The position numbers were made by a program, and so were the translations under genes. DNA of 64,000 nucleotides. Source: Octopus vulgaris. Taxonomy: Eukaryota. Positions within the stretch are counted from its first letter, which is position 1, and every line of letters starts with the position of its first letter. Under the pieces are notes generated by a model. It saw nothing but the letters and a program-made list of their open reading frames with translations, did not search any database and was not told where the DNA came from. Location of the stretch: positions 64,046,001-64,110,000 of the forward strand of contig OX597824.1 of the NCBI GenBank assembly GCA_951406725.2. Reading direction: 5' to 3'. Shown in pieces: positions 1 through 13,883 of the stretch.

Positions 1-1157
1 AATCCTTCACACGGACTTATTATTATTTTTCCTTCGACACAGAATTATTTTTCTCTTCAGAATGCTGCAGGTAGTACCAGTCTACATTGTTTACCAGTAG
101 TGCTACTAACACATAGCAACCTGACTTGAATCCATCAAATGGATTTATATTATTTTTCACTGTGTGTAGTTCAGTTCTGCATTAGAATTCCAGTCTTATC
201 AGACATTTTTTTTCTTTAGAATTATTTTCAGTAGAATTTATATATTTTTCAGTGAGTGTATATTACTTTTACAGTGTTCAGTTCTGTATTAGTCTTAACT
301 GTCACTGCGTGTAGTTCGACTCCTTGTCACCACTGATATGTCCTACATTATGACAATAAAGTATCTTACTCAAGAATGCAACACACAGCCTGGTCCAGGA
401 ATTTAGCTCACTACCTTATGACTCTGAGCTCAACACACTAACCATTGAGCCATATGTATCAAAATGACATACAAAGCTTATTAAGCATGTCAGAAGAAAT
501 TAAGGTCAACAACAACAGAGCAACAACTGACTTTTAGTAGATACAAAGGAGTAGAGTACTAATAATCAGGTGAATGGTATATTGTCACAGATTATAGGAG
601 CTGACCAAAATTTAACCATCAATAGATCCAGTCAAATAGAAGATCAGTGACCAGGTCATTAATGTACTCTACTGCTGTAATCTATAAGAACTGACCACCA
701 ACTGACTGTCAATATCAGTGACCAGGTCATTAATGTATAATGAAAGACTTAGATACATAATGACACATAAGATAAAACAAAGGATAGTGTGTGCGCACGT
801 GCGTGTTTATGTATGTGTGTTGATATTGTTTAGCAAACATACTATCAAAGATATTCCAGCCATGACCATCTTCTCTTTTCTAACATACGTTTATCTCAGT
901 TGACATTATCTAGTATATCTGAAGATAGTTAGATGTAAGTTGAGAAAAATTTGGCTGTTATTTCTAACAAGTAGAGCAATGAGGTAGAGGCTTTCTGTAT
1001 TTAACTTATTCACAATGTGATTGTCACTTAGCCCCAGTTCAACACTAATTCATGATCAAATGCACTCTATGACCATTTAACCTCATTTTCCAACAGTATC
1101 TATACAATGTCATTTACCCAAAAAGCCCTTTCTTAATATAAGAAGAAAGAGTGAGAT

Positions 1158-1375
1158 TTAACCCTTTCGTTACTGTATTTATTTTGAGATGCTCTGTATT
1201 TCTTTCAATTATATAATAAAGGATTTAATAAAATAACTTAGTTATCATTAAGCTAATGTTAGGAACATAAATTGTGACTAAGGTTTGGTGGAAGATTTTA
1301 ATTCAAAACTTATGAAAACAAGACATCTGTACTCAGCGCCAGAGCCGATTTCAGCCAGGTTGGTAACGAAAGGAG
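1158..1375. mobile_element. piggyBac-type MITE (related partial copies near 25245-25481 and 50363-50490)
   Basis: TTAA-ccctttcgttac ... gtaacgaaagg terminal inverted repeats. Confidence 0.65.
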
Positions 1376-2282
1376 AGAGCTGGTTGTTATTTCTTACCAA
1401 GTCAAGTGACTATAGACAGATTCTCATTCACCTTTGGGTATCTGTGTGTGTGTTTTACATGGTTATCAGGACTCTATTATGATGCAATTGTTTCATTTTA
1501 ATAAAAACTTAAGAAAGTACATTGAAGACAAAGCATTGTTTAAATTCATGAGCAGTAAGCTGGTACTGAAGCAAGGTTAAAGCAGCACAAGTTCAAACAC
1601 AGATATGTATACACGAATATGTATAGAGTATTAAAGTAGATTAAAACTCATTAAAAGGCTGAAACAATGCAAAATGAATGAAATACAGAAGTCCAAACAA
1701 CAAGAGTTTTAGTGTTAGAACCTCCATCATGATATGTAGTAAAATGGGAAATGTTATAGAGTTGTTATTTCTGCTCAGATATGTGGGAGAAGGTAGTGGC
1801 ATGAACAGACTGGTGTTGTTATAGTAATGTAACATTGGCAATCTTCAAATCAAGGAGGCTATCTTAATAAGTATAAACTTTCATTAAACAACAGATATGA
1901 ATTACTTAAGACAGATATGTTGCTATAGCAACACAAATTTGCACTTGTCACAACCCTCTCACACATGTCTGAGCAAAGATAACAGTTTTGTGCCATCCCC
2001 CATTTTTCAATGTGTCTTGATGTAGTGGTTCTCTCAATGAAACATTGAAGAAATACAAGGTAACACATTAACTGTTGTTTTGTTTTCACTTTTGTATTTC
2101 CTTCATTTTGCATTATTTCAGTCTTTTGATAAGTTTTAGTCAAATTTAATATCACACAGTATTGCACCCAAAGTAATGTACATAGACAAACAGATATTAA
2201 ACAAGAACTATTGTGGTGAGCCATGAATCAGATACGAAAAAAAGCAGAAAAACACTGAACATAAAAATTCTCGTCCCTAGTA

Positions 2283-2565
2283 CATAAAACAGAGGAGGTT
2301 TTGGGAAATATTTATAAAGCTCTCCTTCAACAAAACAGAGGATTATTGGAAGCATTTATACAATTGTGTTTCAGTGCAACAAAGCAGAGGATTGTGGGAA
2401 ATATTTGTTTATAGTTCTGCATCAGTGCAATAAAAAAGAGGATTCTGGGAAATATTTGTACAGTTCTACTTTGATATTCAAATACTAAAAGAATTGTGAG
2501 AACTATTTGTATAATTCTAGCTTTGGAACAATAAAACCAAGCAGACTGTGGGAAATCATTTGTAT
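2283..2565 (+). repeat. Degenerate minisatellite, ~50-55 bp unit (continues at about 2950-3060 beyond the inverted-repeat element)
   Basis: Recurring aaaacagagga.t.tgggaaatattt.ta.a.ttct units. Confidence 0.6.
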
Positions 2566-2568
2566 TTA

Positions 2569-2895
2569 TTCACATTATTTACATTTGACAGATATTTGTC
2601 CACATCCTGTTTGTTGTTAACACATTTCACCTGATATATACCCTCCAGCCTTCATCAGGTATCTTGGGGAGGTGTAGTGGTTAAAAGCACAGGCTATTAA
2701 CTCCAAGACTCTGAGTTCGATTCCAGGCAGTGACCTGAATAATAATAATAACATTGAAAAATATCTTAGGAATGAGAACCCAGGTTCAAAATTTCCCCTA
2801 GACACCTGATGAAGGCTGGAGGGTATCAGCCGAAATGTTGTGTAAACAACAAACAAGATGAGGACAAATGTCTGTCAAATGTAAATAATGTACAT
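2569..2895. mobile_element. Inverted-repeat element with HHR motifs and a tRNA-like SINE segment in the spacer
   Basis: Arms at about 2569-2670 and 2790-2892; the spacer has gtagtggttaaaagc...gagttcgattcc (A/B boxes) and (AAT)n. Confidence 0.65.
2802..2843 (+). ncRNA. Minimal hammerhead motif (Penelope type), slightly decayed
   Basis: ACAC-CTGATGA-A-GGCTG(gagggtat)CAGCC-GAAA-TG-TT-GTGT; a degenerate inverted copy lies at about 2620-2665. Confidence 0.68.
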
Positions 2896-5249
2896 AATTC
2901 CTTGTTTCTTAAATATAGAACTGTATTATCATTTGTATTGTTCTACTCCAATAAAATAAAATGAAGAGGATTATGGGAAACAATTTGTATATTTATGACA
3001 AAAGAGTATGTAAAAGTGGATTGTGGGAAAACAAATTTGCATAGTTCTGTAACTGTAATAAAAGAGTTGGAAATTGTTATGAGAAGCAATTATGAATTTC
3101 AATTCTGAATGTAAAGCAATTTAGAAGCATGGTGAGGAATAGTGAAAATACATAAAAATCATAACAAGGTTGATAATGAAAGCATTGAACGAGGGCTGTG
3201 GGAATTAAATGCATTGCTCAGGCAATATAAGAGATGAAAGAGTATTGTGAGAAAAAGAGACATAATAGTAAAAACTTGTTCAAAATTGAATGCATACAAG
3301 TTAATGGGAAATTTGTTTCAACAAGGAAGTAGATAGACTGTGACGTCTAGGAAATGTATTTTGTTTTATTTGTTTTGTTAGGTTTTTTTATAAGTCATCC
3401 TTTCATTCGTTTTTCTCTCAAGCTTATTAAAACTGCCATGGATAATTAATTCTTGGTGGTACAACAGGTTTTACACTTAAATGCACCTCTTAACACTAAC
3501 TGCTCAACTGTGAAGCAACAGTGTCACTCATCTCACTGTTGTTTAGTCTATTAATCCTGATTAGGCATAAGTACAACCAGACACTCCAGATAGTACAACC
3601 AGATATTCCAGATGTGACCGGGCCATCTTTTAAGAGATGTATAGGACTATGTTATCTAGGGAGTCCTTCCTGTTTTTGGCAGTAAGGTTTAATTTGAGAG
3701 TTTGGGCTATTTCTAGGAGGGCTAGTGACTGAGTAAGAAATGGGGACATTGGATAATACAGTATGGTTTTCTTGGGACTTAAATCTGCTGCTTCAGGAAC
3801 TGGTCTGGAGCAAAAACCACAACAGATATGAAAAGTAGCTGAAGAGTAGCCTAGGTAGGCACTGGTCAGTGTAGAATGGGCATAAATGCACAGCAAATAA
3901 TGAGTGAATATGAGGAAATAGGGAGAATTGGTTGAAGAAGAACCTTGTGAATATGGCAGAGCACAACCAATGTAATGATTGTTTCTGCTAGTGTTTAGTC
4001 CCAGATCAACCCAGATCAAAGGCATTCCAATCATGACCATCCTGTCACTATTTTTAACATAGTATATCATTTTTTTTTTAAAACAGAGCATGATTTGAGG
4101 TAAATTTACCTAGGAGATCAATCCTGGTCCAACAGACCCACGATGAAAACCATTCCAACGATGTTAATCATCCAGATACTATGTATCTAGGTCAACAGCC
4201 TCCAATGAGCCCTTATTTTTAAAATGAAGAGGTTTAAGAGTAGGGCTGAGGAAGATCTAGCTGCAAATTTCTGATAGCAGTTAAATCTTTTCTGAAGGAA
4301 ATTTGGTTGTGATTTCTAACAGGGCTAAGAAGGAATGAGATTTGACTATTTCTAATAGGATAGGGTCAAGATTGACACATATTTAACTATTTCTGATTGT
4401 ATAGAGTAAAATTTGGGGAAGATTTGGTTACTATTTCTGATTATGTAGGATATAAGGAAGATCTGATTTCTTTTTCTGAGATGTTGCTTGAAAGGGATTT
4501 GGCTGCTATTTTCTTTGACAGACCAAATAACTATATAGTGATTCTCTTGTTGGTACAAGGACTATAATTGACAGGAGAACAGATAGATATTCCCCTACAT
4601 TGTACAGACACATGACTCCTGTTTCATGTGTTCTATCAACATTCACAATCTAGTGTATATATACAAGAGAGAAATGTCCATCTAGTTAGATTTTGGGATA
4701 TCACATTACTTTCATTCTAGGTCTGGTACCTAATCCTGCTAGCTAAATGACCCAAGGTATGCAGAGCATGGAATATCAAAGATGGTTGTCAAAACTTGCC
4801 CGTGGGGAATTTCAACTCAAAGAGCATGATGTGGCAATCTAGTTGCTTATCCACTAAGTTAATGTGTCTAAGAACTTTATCTGCAACCACACAGTTTCAA
4901 GTTCCTTAGGTAAACATTTTCTATTACAGCTCTGGGTTGATCAATGCCTTGTTAAATTAAATTTGGTTAGCAGTGGCTGAGTAGTCAATTGACCAAAGCC
5001 ATTCCAACCATGACAGTTTCATCTTTTAGTTTAGACATAATGTACCCTGGACTACATCACTTCCTATGTCCTATGCCCCTTTTTGATTTATTTACTCATT
5101 TTATATTTTATATTTTTCCTTTTGTAAGGGTGGCACACAAATTTGTGAAGTGTTCTAAATGTTTTTAGAAGAACTACTGCAACATCCTCTACATGGTTTT
5201 TGAATCTGCTAGTAATAGCAGTGAAATCTCCCTCAAATTACACTTGGGC

Positions 5250-5715
5250 TTCCCTTTACAAAGCTTGGGTAAGGCCCACTATAGAATACTGGTCCCACAT
5301 CTGAGATGTTGCTGCTGCTGCCTATAGGGAAGCTATTCTAGACTGTAACCAGACAAAAAATCATCTGACTGGGTGTCATGGCACTTCACAAATACTTCTG
5401 ACCCCCAGACACGTTGTCTCCACTCTTTTCCTTCTCTGCCACTACTATAATGGCAGCTGCTCCTAAGTGCTAGCTAGCCTTAGGCCATCACCACTCAAGG
5501 TCTCCTTATATATATCTTCTCCTCTCATCATTCATATTGACCCCTACTCCAACCACTAAAAAAATCCAATAAACCCAGCCCTTCCTCCTCCCCAAGACAC
5601 TACCCCTGGAATTTTCTCCCAGTCCACGTTTTCCCTGCACCCATCAACTTTACTGAAACAATTCATCAGTTTTAATCATGTTAACCTTACTGGCTTCAGA
5701 AGGCCTGTAAATAGC
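5250..5715 (+). mobile_element. LINE (CR1/L2/Jockey group) ORF2 3' fragment, degenerate
   Basis: Translates as LYKAWVRPTIEYWSHI*, matching the post-RT LYK..VRP..EY motif; followed by (TA)n. Confidence 0.65.
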
Positions 5716-5755
5716 ACAGCCCCTTCTTCTAGACTATCATCATCAAATGTGTATG

Positions 5756-5786
<31 letters not shown>

Positions 5787-5989
5787 GGATCTAATACTTG
5801 CAACAGAGTAGACTTTGCTAAATGACACCAAAGGCTAGAAAGTGGATTTTAAACCTCCACTCTTTATAAATGACCCCACCAGATGTCATACAAAACACTG
5901 TATCCATCCCTTCCTTTTTATAACATTATCTCCTTGGAATTTCCAGTGTAACAAGAGTGCAGCAGTGCTTTTCTTTCTCAACCACAAAC

Positions 5990-8830
5990 TTTCATTTTAT
6001 TTTAATTAAGAAGGCCTGGAAGAAAGGTTGTGTCCACAGTCATCATAAGCCCTCCACAACCAGTGAAGCTGATGCCATCATTAACATTCCAATTAAAATG
6101 TTGCAAATTAATATCAGCAGTAAAGACATGAAGCAATTCTTGAGGGCTGATATTCTGAGAAGGAAAGACTGAGCATAGTAGTTTACATCAGACCCTAAGA
6201 AGTTGGATCTAAGAGAAGAAGAGGAATGTAAGAGTGGAAGTGGCATGGAAGCAACAAGTTCCAAGAAGCAGAGACTGTTGTAGTGTCACTAGAAGAAGCA
6301 AAGAGAGGACAGAGCACATCTCTGAACCAAAGGGTGAAATATGTCTGTAACTGACTTCACATCAATCAGTCAAGTGCCTTTTCTCAAGATGTAGTTTGGG
6401 ATTTCTTTATGTGTAGTAGCAGCACCAGCCTAGATATGATAGCAGTAATCCATTATGGGTTACACAATGAGCTTTAGAGAGGGTTACTAGTTAACAAGGG
6501 CCAATGTATTTTCTAGCCTTGAAGAGAAAGGCCAGTCTTTGAGATGCACCTTTGCCTGTCCCAAGCATTTTCATTAGTCAGTCCTAAATGACCATGCTTG
6601 TTTTCAAAGTTTTAGTTAACCTTAGTCTTAATCTCTCTGAGTAATATAAAGCTTTCTTTCCATAATCCTGCACTGAAAAAAAAATTGGGAATGGCAATGG
6701 GTGCTATAGAAATATATCTTGTGTATCACATGTGATACAAAAGACAGGCAATGTGTTAAGGAGGTGCGTTCACCAAGAATTGATCCAAAGGGATATCAGA
6801 ACTAGGGGTTGTATGAGTGAGTTGTGAGGATGCTTTCATGATGTATGTAGTGCTTGAGAGGTTCTTTAATGTTGATGTTGACAAGATTGACATGATCCAA
6901 CAGGAGGCTGTTTCTAAGGTCTCTGTTCATGGAGCTAGTACAGATTTGGCATGAAATGTCAAAGTTGCATAAAGATGACTGCTGGGTGTGAAAGGATAGA
7001 AAGAAATGAAGGATGGTATCATGTATATAGAGGTGAGTATTGATAAAAGTGATGGCAAGTAGATTTCTTTCACTGGTTTGTTTGAAGAAGAAGAGAACTG
7101 GAGACAGAACTAAACCTTGTATGCCATAGCTGATACAGCACAAGCGACAATAGTATGATTTAACAGGAAACTATTGATCTAAGAGATGTGAGACGCCTGG
7201 AACACATAGTGGGGCAGGTTTGAAAGATTTGCATGCCAAAGAGTGAAATACTTTCTCGTGCGAAGGGTAACAACTCTCACCAAATTTCACTAGAGTGAGG
7301 ACCCATTGGTGATTCATAGAGGACAGCAGGTTTCTAGAAGAGCTAGTTTTACAAAATCAGTACTGGTGGTCATTAAGGAAAGAGAAAGGTTCAAAATGAT
7401 TATCTCCATTACTTTTGGGATATTGAAACTGATTGCAGTAGGGCATTAATTGTTCAGGTCAGAAGGACATACCTTTTAGGAAGAGCACAAACTGAGACAG
7501 ATTTCCAAAAAAGGAGGGATATATCTCAATAGAGAGTGGAAGAAGATTTATCAACAGAATGCAGTTTGGAACTGGCTGCAAAGCAGTGAAATGAGCTTGC
7601 ATTGTAGGATTACTAGTCATAGATCAGGCAAATCTGAGAAATGAAGGAAAAGCAGATTCCACTATGTCAGTGGAGCTACAGTTTGGGAGCGGGGAGAAAT
7701 TGAGGGCAGTGTGATTCATGAAAAAAGTCTTCATAGTCAAGGTGATGGTCCTGCAAAAGTTGCAGTGTAAGGTAAGAGCCAACCAGTTTGTAGAGTTGGG
7801 TGTATTTCACTACATATAGTAAGACTTCTTGGTGGGTGTGGGGCAGAATTGCTGCAACACAACTATGAATGTATCACTTGAGTTACTTGGAGTTGTGAAG
7901 CTTTTGTGGTCAATGGTTTTATAGAAGGATATGCTAAAGAGAATGGATTCTGACACCCATCTAGCTGTTTCTACTATAAGAGTGAGACATACATGGTGCC
8001 AGGGACAGGTAATATAGATTTGGTGGAGCTCCAACCAGAGCTACCTTGAAATGCCATAAGATCCAAGAGTAGAGGCACTGCATGGCACATGGACATGTAT
8101 TGGGAAGTCACAATAAGACAGTGGTCAGATGACCCAGTAGGAGCAGAGACAGTTATAGTCTGGTAAAGGTTGGATATGGAGGTAAGAAATAAATCAAATA
8201 ATGACTGGAATATCTGTATGTTGGTCAGAGAATGTATACTGGGGATTAATCTAGTTGATGTAGAGAAATTAGAATTGCAAAAGGTTTGGTCTCTCTATCA
8301 GTGGTATCAGTATGAGATACATGTCAGAGAGGACATGTGAACATTAATATCACAAAGGACAATAACTTCAGCAGGATGAAGTAAGGTAGCTGTTCTTAGA
8401 GTTGTTGGTCAAGAGTTGTTTGTGGCTGGAGGTGTTTGGAATGTGGAACATCAAGCAGAAATATTTGGAGTAGAGAAGGGAGGTTTTGATGCTAATATCC
8501 AAATGAGAAGCGATGAGGCATGTGTGCATGTAGCATGTGGGAATACAGATACCACCTTTCTTTTTGAAGTTCAGAGATTTGTGGGATTTGCATATTAGAA
8601 AGAGGCAATGTATGCGACCTAGAATCAAAGTCCCTGGATAGTAGGGAGGATTGATCAGAATGTTTAATTTTAGGCCTTAGCATGTTAGGGAACTGCAAAA
8701 GGTGAGGGGACATCAAGAGATCACAGAAACCTCATCAAGAATCTAGTCTAAATGTCTGAAACAGAGTGAATTCTGCTCAAGGTATGGGCCAGGAGGTAGT
8801 GCTAAACTAGGTAGCACAATGGGAAAAAAG
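5990..8830 (-). mobile_element. LINE (CR1/L2/Jockey group) ORF2 relic, heavily degenerate
   Basis: Minus-strand remnants GIQGLVLSPVLF (PQG motif), LYIHDT (YADD-like) and PIMDYCYHI; many stops. Confidence 0.65.
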
Positions 8831-10396
8831 TGGAAGGAGCTCTGTACTCTGCATAAAAGGAGTACATTAGATAAAAAGTCAAACATGTATATATAATTAT
8901 ATACACATATACATATGCCCCAGCATGGCCACAGCTTGTGAGCTGAAACTAGAATCAATCAATATACATGAACACACACACTGGTAACTAATTTATTGCT
9001 TTACAATTATATAAAGTAGATATAGACATGTGCAGCTCAAACTAAACAGTAATTATGTTGGTCTTATCTTATTCTTATCCCTCAGCCAAAAGGACATGAT
9101 AACACTATGGGCACAGCCAAGCTGCTTCTCCAGGCATCATCATAAGCCTTTACTCAATGTTACTGTTCTCCTAGATGATCCACAAGACCACCTCTAACTC
9201 ACTTCATTTTTGGCTAGGCTTCTAGAGCTAGATGGTTTTTCTAATATCAACCACTTTATAGAGTGTCCTGGGTGAATTTTATCATGGTACCAGCACTAAT
9301 TAGGTTACTTTGTACCTGTCAAAACTGCAATAAGAAGAAGAATAGACATGAGAGTAATGACAGCAACGGAGCTAAACTGAGATGCTGAGAGAAGAATGAA
9401 AAGGGGAACAGAGTTAATGGTGTAAGAAGGTGATTGGAAAAGGAGTAACAAAAGAAACAATACTAGATGGAGTAATGGAAGAGAGATAGTCATGCCAAGA
9501 GGGAGAGAGGAAATGGCAACTACATTTTTGGTGTTAAAATGTGAGTAATTAACAGATATTTATAGAGAAGGGTGATGGTTACAGAAGACTGATACTAGTC
9601 TGTCATATGTAACCTGGGGGAGAAGGAGTGATGGCTAGTGGAAGGGTTTCTCAGGCATGCCTCATTTATTGTAAATAAAACAAAAATATCAACTCAGAAC
9701 AATTTCACATTTATTTATTGTAATTTTGATACAAATTTATAAAAAAATAAACACATTCTCTAACCTTTTCAAATACACACACACCAACATTATTTCAAAT
9801 AGCTACTAAGACATTTAGTTGTACTAATCACTTACTTATCAATAGCTGTTGCTGCCATTTTTGTTTTAATTAAAGTCTAGAACTGTTAACAGCAATCACA
9901 AAATTGCAATATCTTGATTCTCAAACCATAGCTGCTATTTGTATGGCTATTGTTGTTGTTGTTTAAGCTCATGATAGCCCTGATCCAGCAGACCTATAAC
10001 CATTCTGTCTCATTCTTTGGACATAGTGCACCTTGAATTACTGTATCTGACATGTCCGTTTTCTTTCTTTTTTATTATTATCATATTATCTGAGGGAAAT
10101 TTGGATGCCATTTCTAACAAGAAGACTGATCCCTTTGGTTGGTTCTGCATTATTCTAGCAGCATGTGCCACAGGGTCTAGATGGTAAGACAAACCTCAAA
10201 TATGGTTATGTTATTCTGTTGCAGTGTATAGATGGGTAGGCTAACAGTGACCCGATTCTGGAATCCAAATTTGCATTCTAGCTGTCAGGCAGAAGAATAA
10301 GTGCACCACCCATGACCATTTTCAGAGCCTCCAAAACTGAGGGGCAAGTAAGGGAGGAAGAATTTATGATTCATGGGTTACTATAACAGAAAGTCA

Positions 10397-10436
<40 letters not shown>

Positions 10437-11099
10437 TATTAGATTAACCCCAGATCTGGTCGGAATCCTTGTAAAAGAGACAGGCTAAGGGTCCGGTGGT
10501 TATCTTAAACTTAGTAACTGATTAAATATAATGTTAAAAATATCAATAGTCACTAATTGATCGATACCTCTAATTATGAAAAGCCATCTAATTGGCATCA
10601 CTAATCAATAACTCTAATCATGAAAAGGTCACCTAAATGATATCACTGATCAATCAATGATCACTAATACCACTGTTTATGTAAGGTCTGGATTCCATGA
10701 AACTCTTGGGTTCCATGAAAATATTCTGGGTTCTGAAAGACGAGGTGATTGTTAATAAGATTTTAAAAAATTTTATTTTATAAAAAAATTTTCATTTTCA
10801 TAATAAATTAGCATCAACATCATCATTGTTTTAATGTTCACTTTTCCATGCTTGCATGGGTCAATCAGAATTGATTGAGGCAGATTTTCTACAGCCAGAT
10901 GTCCTTTCTGCCAACAACCCTCACCTGCTTCCAAGCAAGATAATATTGCCCCATGATTGAAAGTCTTATGGAAGATTTCAAACAAAGCATAACACTTGTA
11001 TGGCAGTGATGATATTCATTAACATGTAATGTGTTTTTGTCTCCTTGTCTTGATATTGCATGATACAAGAACACATGCACATTTATTTATATATATATA

Positions 11100-12245
11100 T
11101 GCCTACTATAGGCAAAGCACCTGAAATTTTGGAGAAGGGGACTAGTTGCTTACATAAACCTCAGAGTTCAACTAGCATTTGTTTTATCGACCCCAGAAGA
11201 ATGAAAGGCAAAGTTGACTTCAGCAACATATAAACTCAGAGCATAAAGAGGTGGAGGAAATGCCACTAAGCATTTTGTATAGCATGATAATGATATTGCC
11301 AACACACCATTTTAATAATAATAAAAGTAATAATACATCATATGATATCATAAAGGGTGAAGGCACTTGCTTATTTTGTAGTCAAAATAATTCATGATTT
11401 ACAGGGTTCTGACAGAATCATCAGCACCTCAAACAAAATAGCATTTTGAGTTCAAAATCTGTCACGATTGACTTTGACTTTCACCCATTTTGGGTCAATA
11501 AAATAATAGTTAAGCACAATTTCAGGCCTGGTGCCCACAGTAGAAAGAATTTATTATTATTAAGGCAGTATGATGGCAGAATTGTTAGCATACTAGACAA
11601 AATGCTTTGCAACATTTCTTCCAGTTTTACATTTTGATTTTGAATTCTGCCAAAGTCAATTTCGCCTTTCATCCTTTCAGGGTCAATAACATGGGTACCA
11701 CTCAAGCACTGGGGACAATATAACCAACTAGCTCCCCTCCTCCCACCCAAAATTTCAGGCCTTGTGCTTATGGAAGAAAAATTATTACTATTATCATCAT
11801 CAACAAGGTGATGAGCAGGCAGAATCATTAGCACCATTGACAAAAATAATTAGTGGCATTTCTTTCAATTCATTATATTCTAAGTTCAAATTTTGTCATG
11901 GTAAACTTTGCCTTTCACCTGCTTGGTGTCAATAAAATGAGTACCAGTTGAGCACTAGGGTTTTGATGTAACCAATTTATTCCTTCCCCAGGCCTTGTGC
12001 CTACAGTAGAAAGGATTTATTATTATTAAGGCAGTTTGTTGGCAAGGAATGGTTAACACACTGGACAGAATGCTTCACAGCGTTTCTTCCAGCTTTACAT
12101 TGTGGTTTTAAATTCCACCAAGGTTAACTTTATCTTTCATTCTTTTGGTGTCAGTAAAATAAGAACCAGTTGAGCACTGAGGTTGGTGTAATCAATTTAC
12201 TCCTTCCCCAGGCCTTCAGCCTGCCAGTAGAATGGATTATTATTA
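11100..12245. repeat. Array of about 5 copies of a ~230-bp SINE separated by (ATT)n
   Basis: Repeated ggcagaat.gttagca...ttgcctttcatcc...ggccttgtgccta.agtagaaaggattatt; the first copy is in the opposite orientation. Confidence 0.75.
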
Positions 12246-12331
12246 TTGTGGTTGTTGGTGCAGATTCAATTATAAATGAAATTTTAAAATTAACTCTCAC
12301 AAAGAAAGGATATACTAAATAATGTAGCTGT

Positions 12332-12547
12332 AATCCTTTAGCATTCAGATTTATTTGTTAAATGTATTCCTTATCTATTCACATTTTTAAAAATTAATTC
12401 TGTAGCTTTGAAATTTCAAAGATGTGTGTCTTTATTTTTAGAATGACATTGTAAGGTAGTTGTGAGAGGCTAAATCTGGCCATTTTAAACATATAACAGG
12501 TAGAATATTTGGGCCGGATATGGCCAGTTTAAATGCTAAAGTGTTAA
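12332..12547. mobile_element. piggyBac-type MITE, second family (copies near 18730-18932 and, inverted, 53571-53783)
   Basis: ctttagcatt...aatgctaaagtg-TTAA; internal sequence shared among the three copies. Confidence 0.65.
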
Positions 12548-13718
12548 ATATATATATATATATATAAATATAAAATAAAAAATGGCCTTTAATCATAAGT
12601 CTGTTCAATCAGAACAAACCTAGAACTAATTAAAAATAGCATCTATACAATTCAATTGAACTTTGCTTTTTATGGGTTTTATTTATTTATTATTTTTTTT
12701 TTTTTGGCTTCTGATTATTGTTTAACATAAAATGTTATGGAAATATCTGTATTAGCAAGTTTAAAGTTGATGTTAACCACTGACTTTGATTAATTTGACT
12801 GAAATGTTTACAATTAGGTGGCACCATTAACCTTCACACTGGAATGAAGTCTGATCATTAATTATCTAAAAAGAGCATCGTCATCATCCTTCAACATCCA
12901 TTTTCCATGCTGGCATGGTTTGGATAGTTTGACCAGAGCTAGCAAGCTGGAGAGCTGCACCAGGTACCAGTCTAATTGGGCTTCATTTGTATTGCTGGAT
13001 GCCCTTCCTAACGCCAAATACTTTACAGTGTGTGCTCAGTGCTTTAAATGCAGTACCAGCACAAGAACTTTTACATGGCACTGGCACAGGACTTTGCAGG
13101 CCAGTCCTCTTCATCAGGGAATGCAACCTTAACACTTCTGCTGTCGGGGACAGGTCTGGTTTACAAAATCAAACCATCCTGCTCTTGACAGGTCCTTGTT
13201 TTAATATCACCTTCCACTGTAACCAGATTATAAGACAAAACCAACCCCAGTAAGATTTCTTTTAAACCCAAAATATAAAGGGACGTAACTACATTAAATA
13301 TTCATATATACATTGTTTTATTTTTTTCAAAAAGGGTTAACAATAATATTTCATCAAGTTTAAAGGTCTATTTTATTTTTCAAATATGAATATAAAATAT
13401 GATTTAAAAGAACATTATTCTTTGATAATCTTTAGAAAAGAAATTTTTAAAAAATGTTAATATTTTGAAAGAAGAAAAACTGAAGTTAAAAACATTAAGA
13501 ATTTAACTTGAATGATGCTTATAGCCATTACACGCATAGTCTCATGGCAATAAATACACCTATGAAGATTCTTTGTTATAGTTTTTAATCTGATTTCGTT
13601 TTAAGTAATTTTATTTCATTTTCATTTAATTTACGATTATAAGATGCTTTTATATTTTACAAAAGTAAACAAAACAAAACAAAACAAAAAAGTGTACAAG
13701 TGTATAGAAACACACAGA

Positions 13719-13768
<50 letters not shown>

Positions 13769-13852
13769 ACATAGACATAAATATACATACATATAGACAT
13801 ATACATGTTTATATATATTGACATATACACACATTTTTATATATCTGTATAT

Positions 13853-13883
<31 letters not shown>

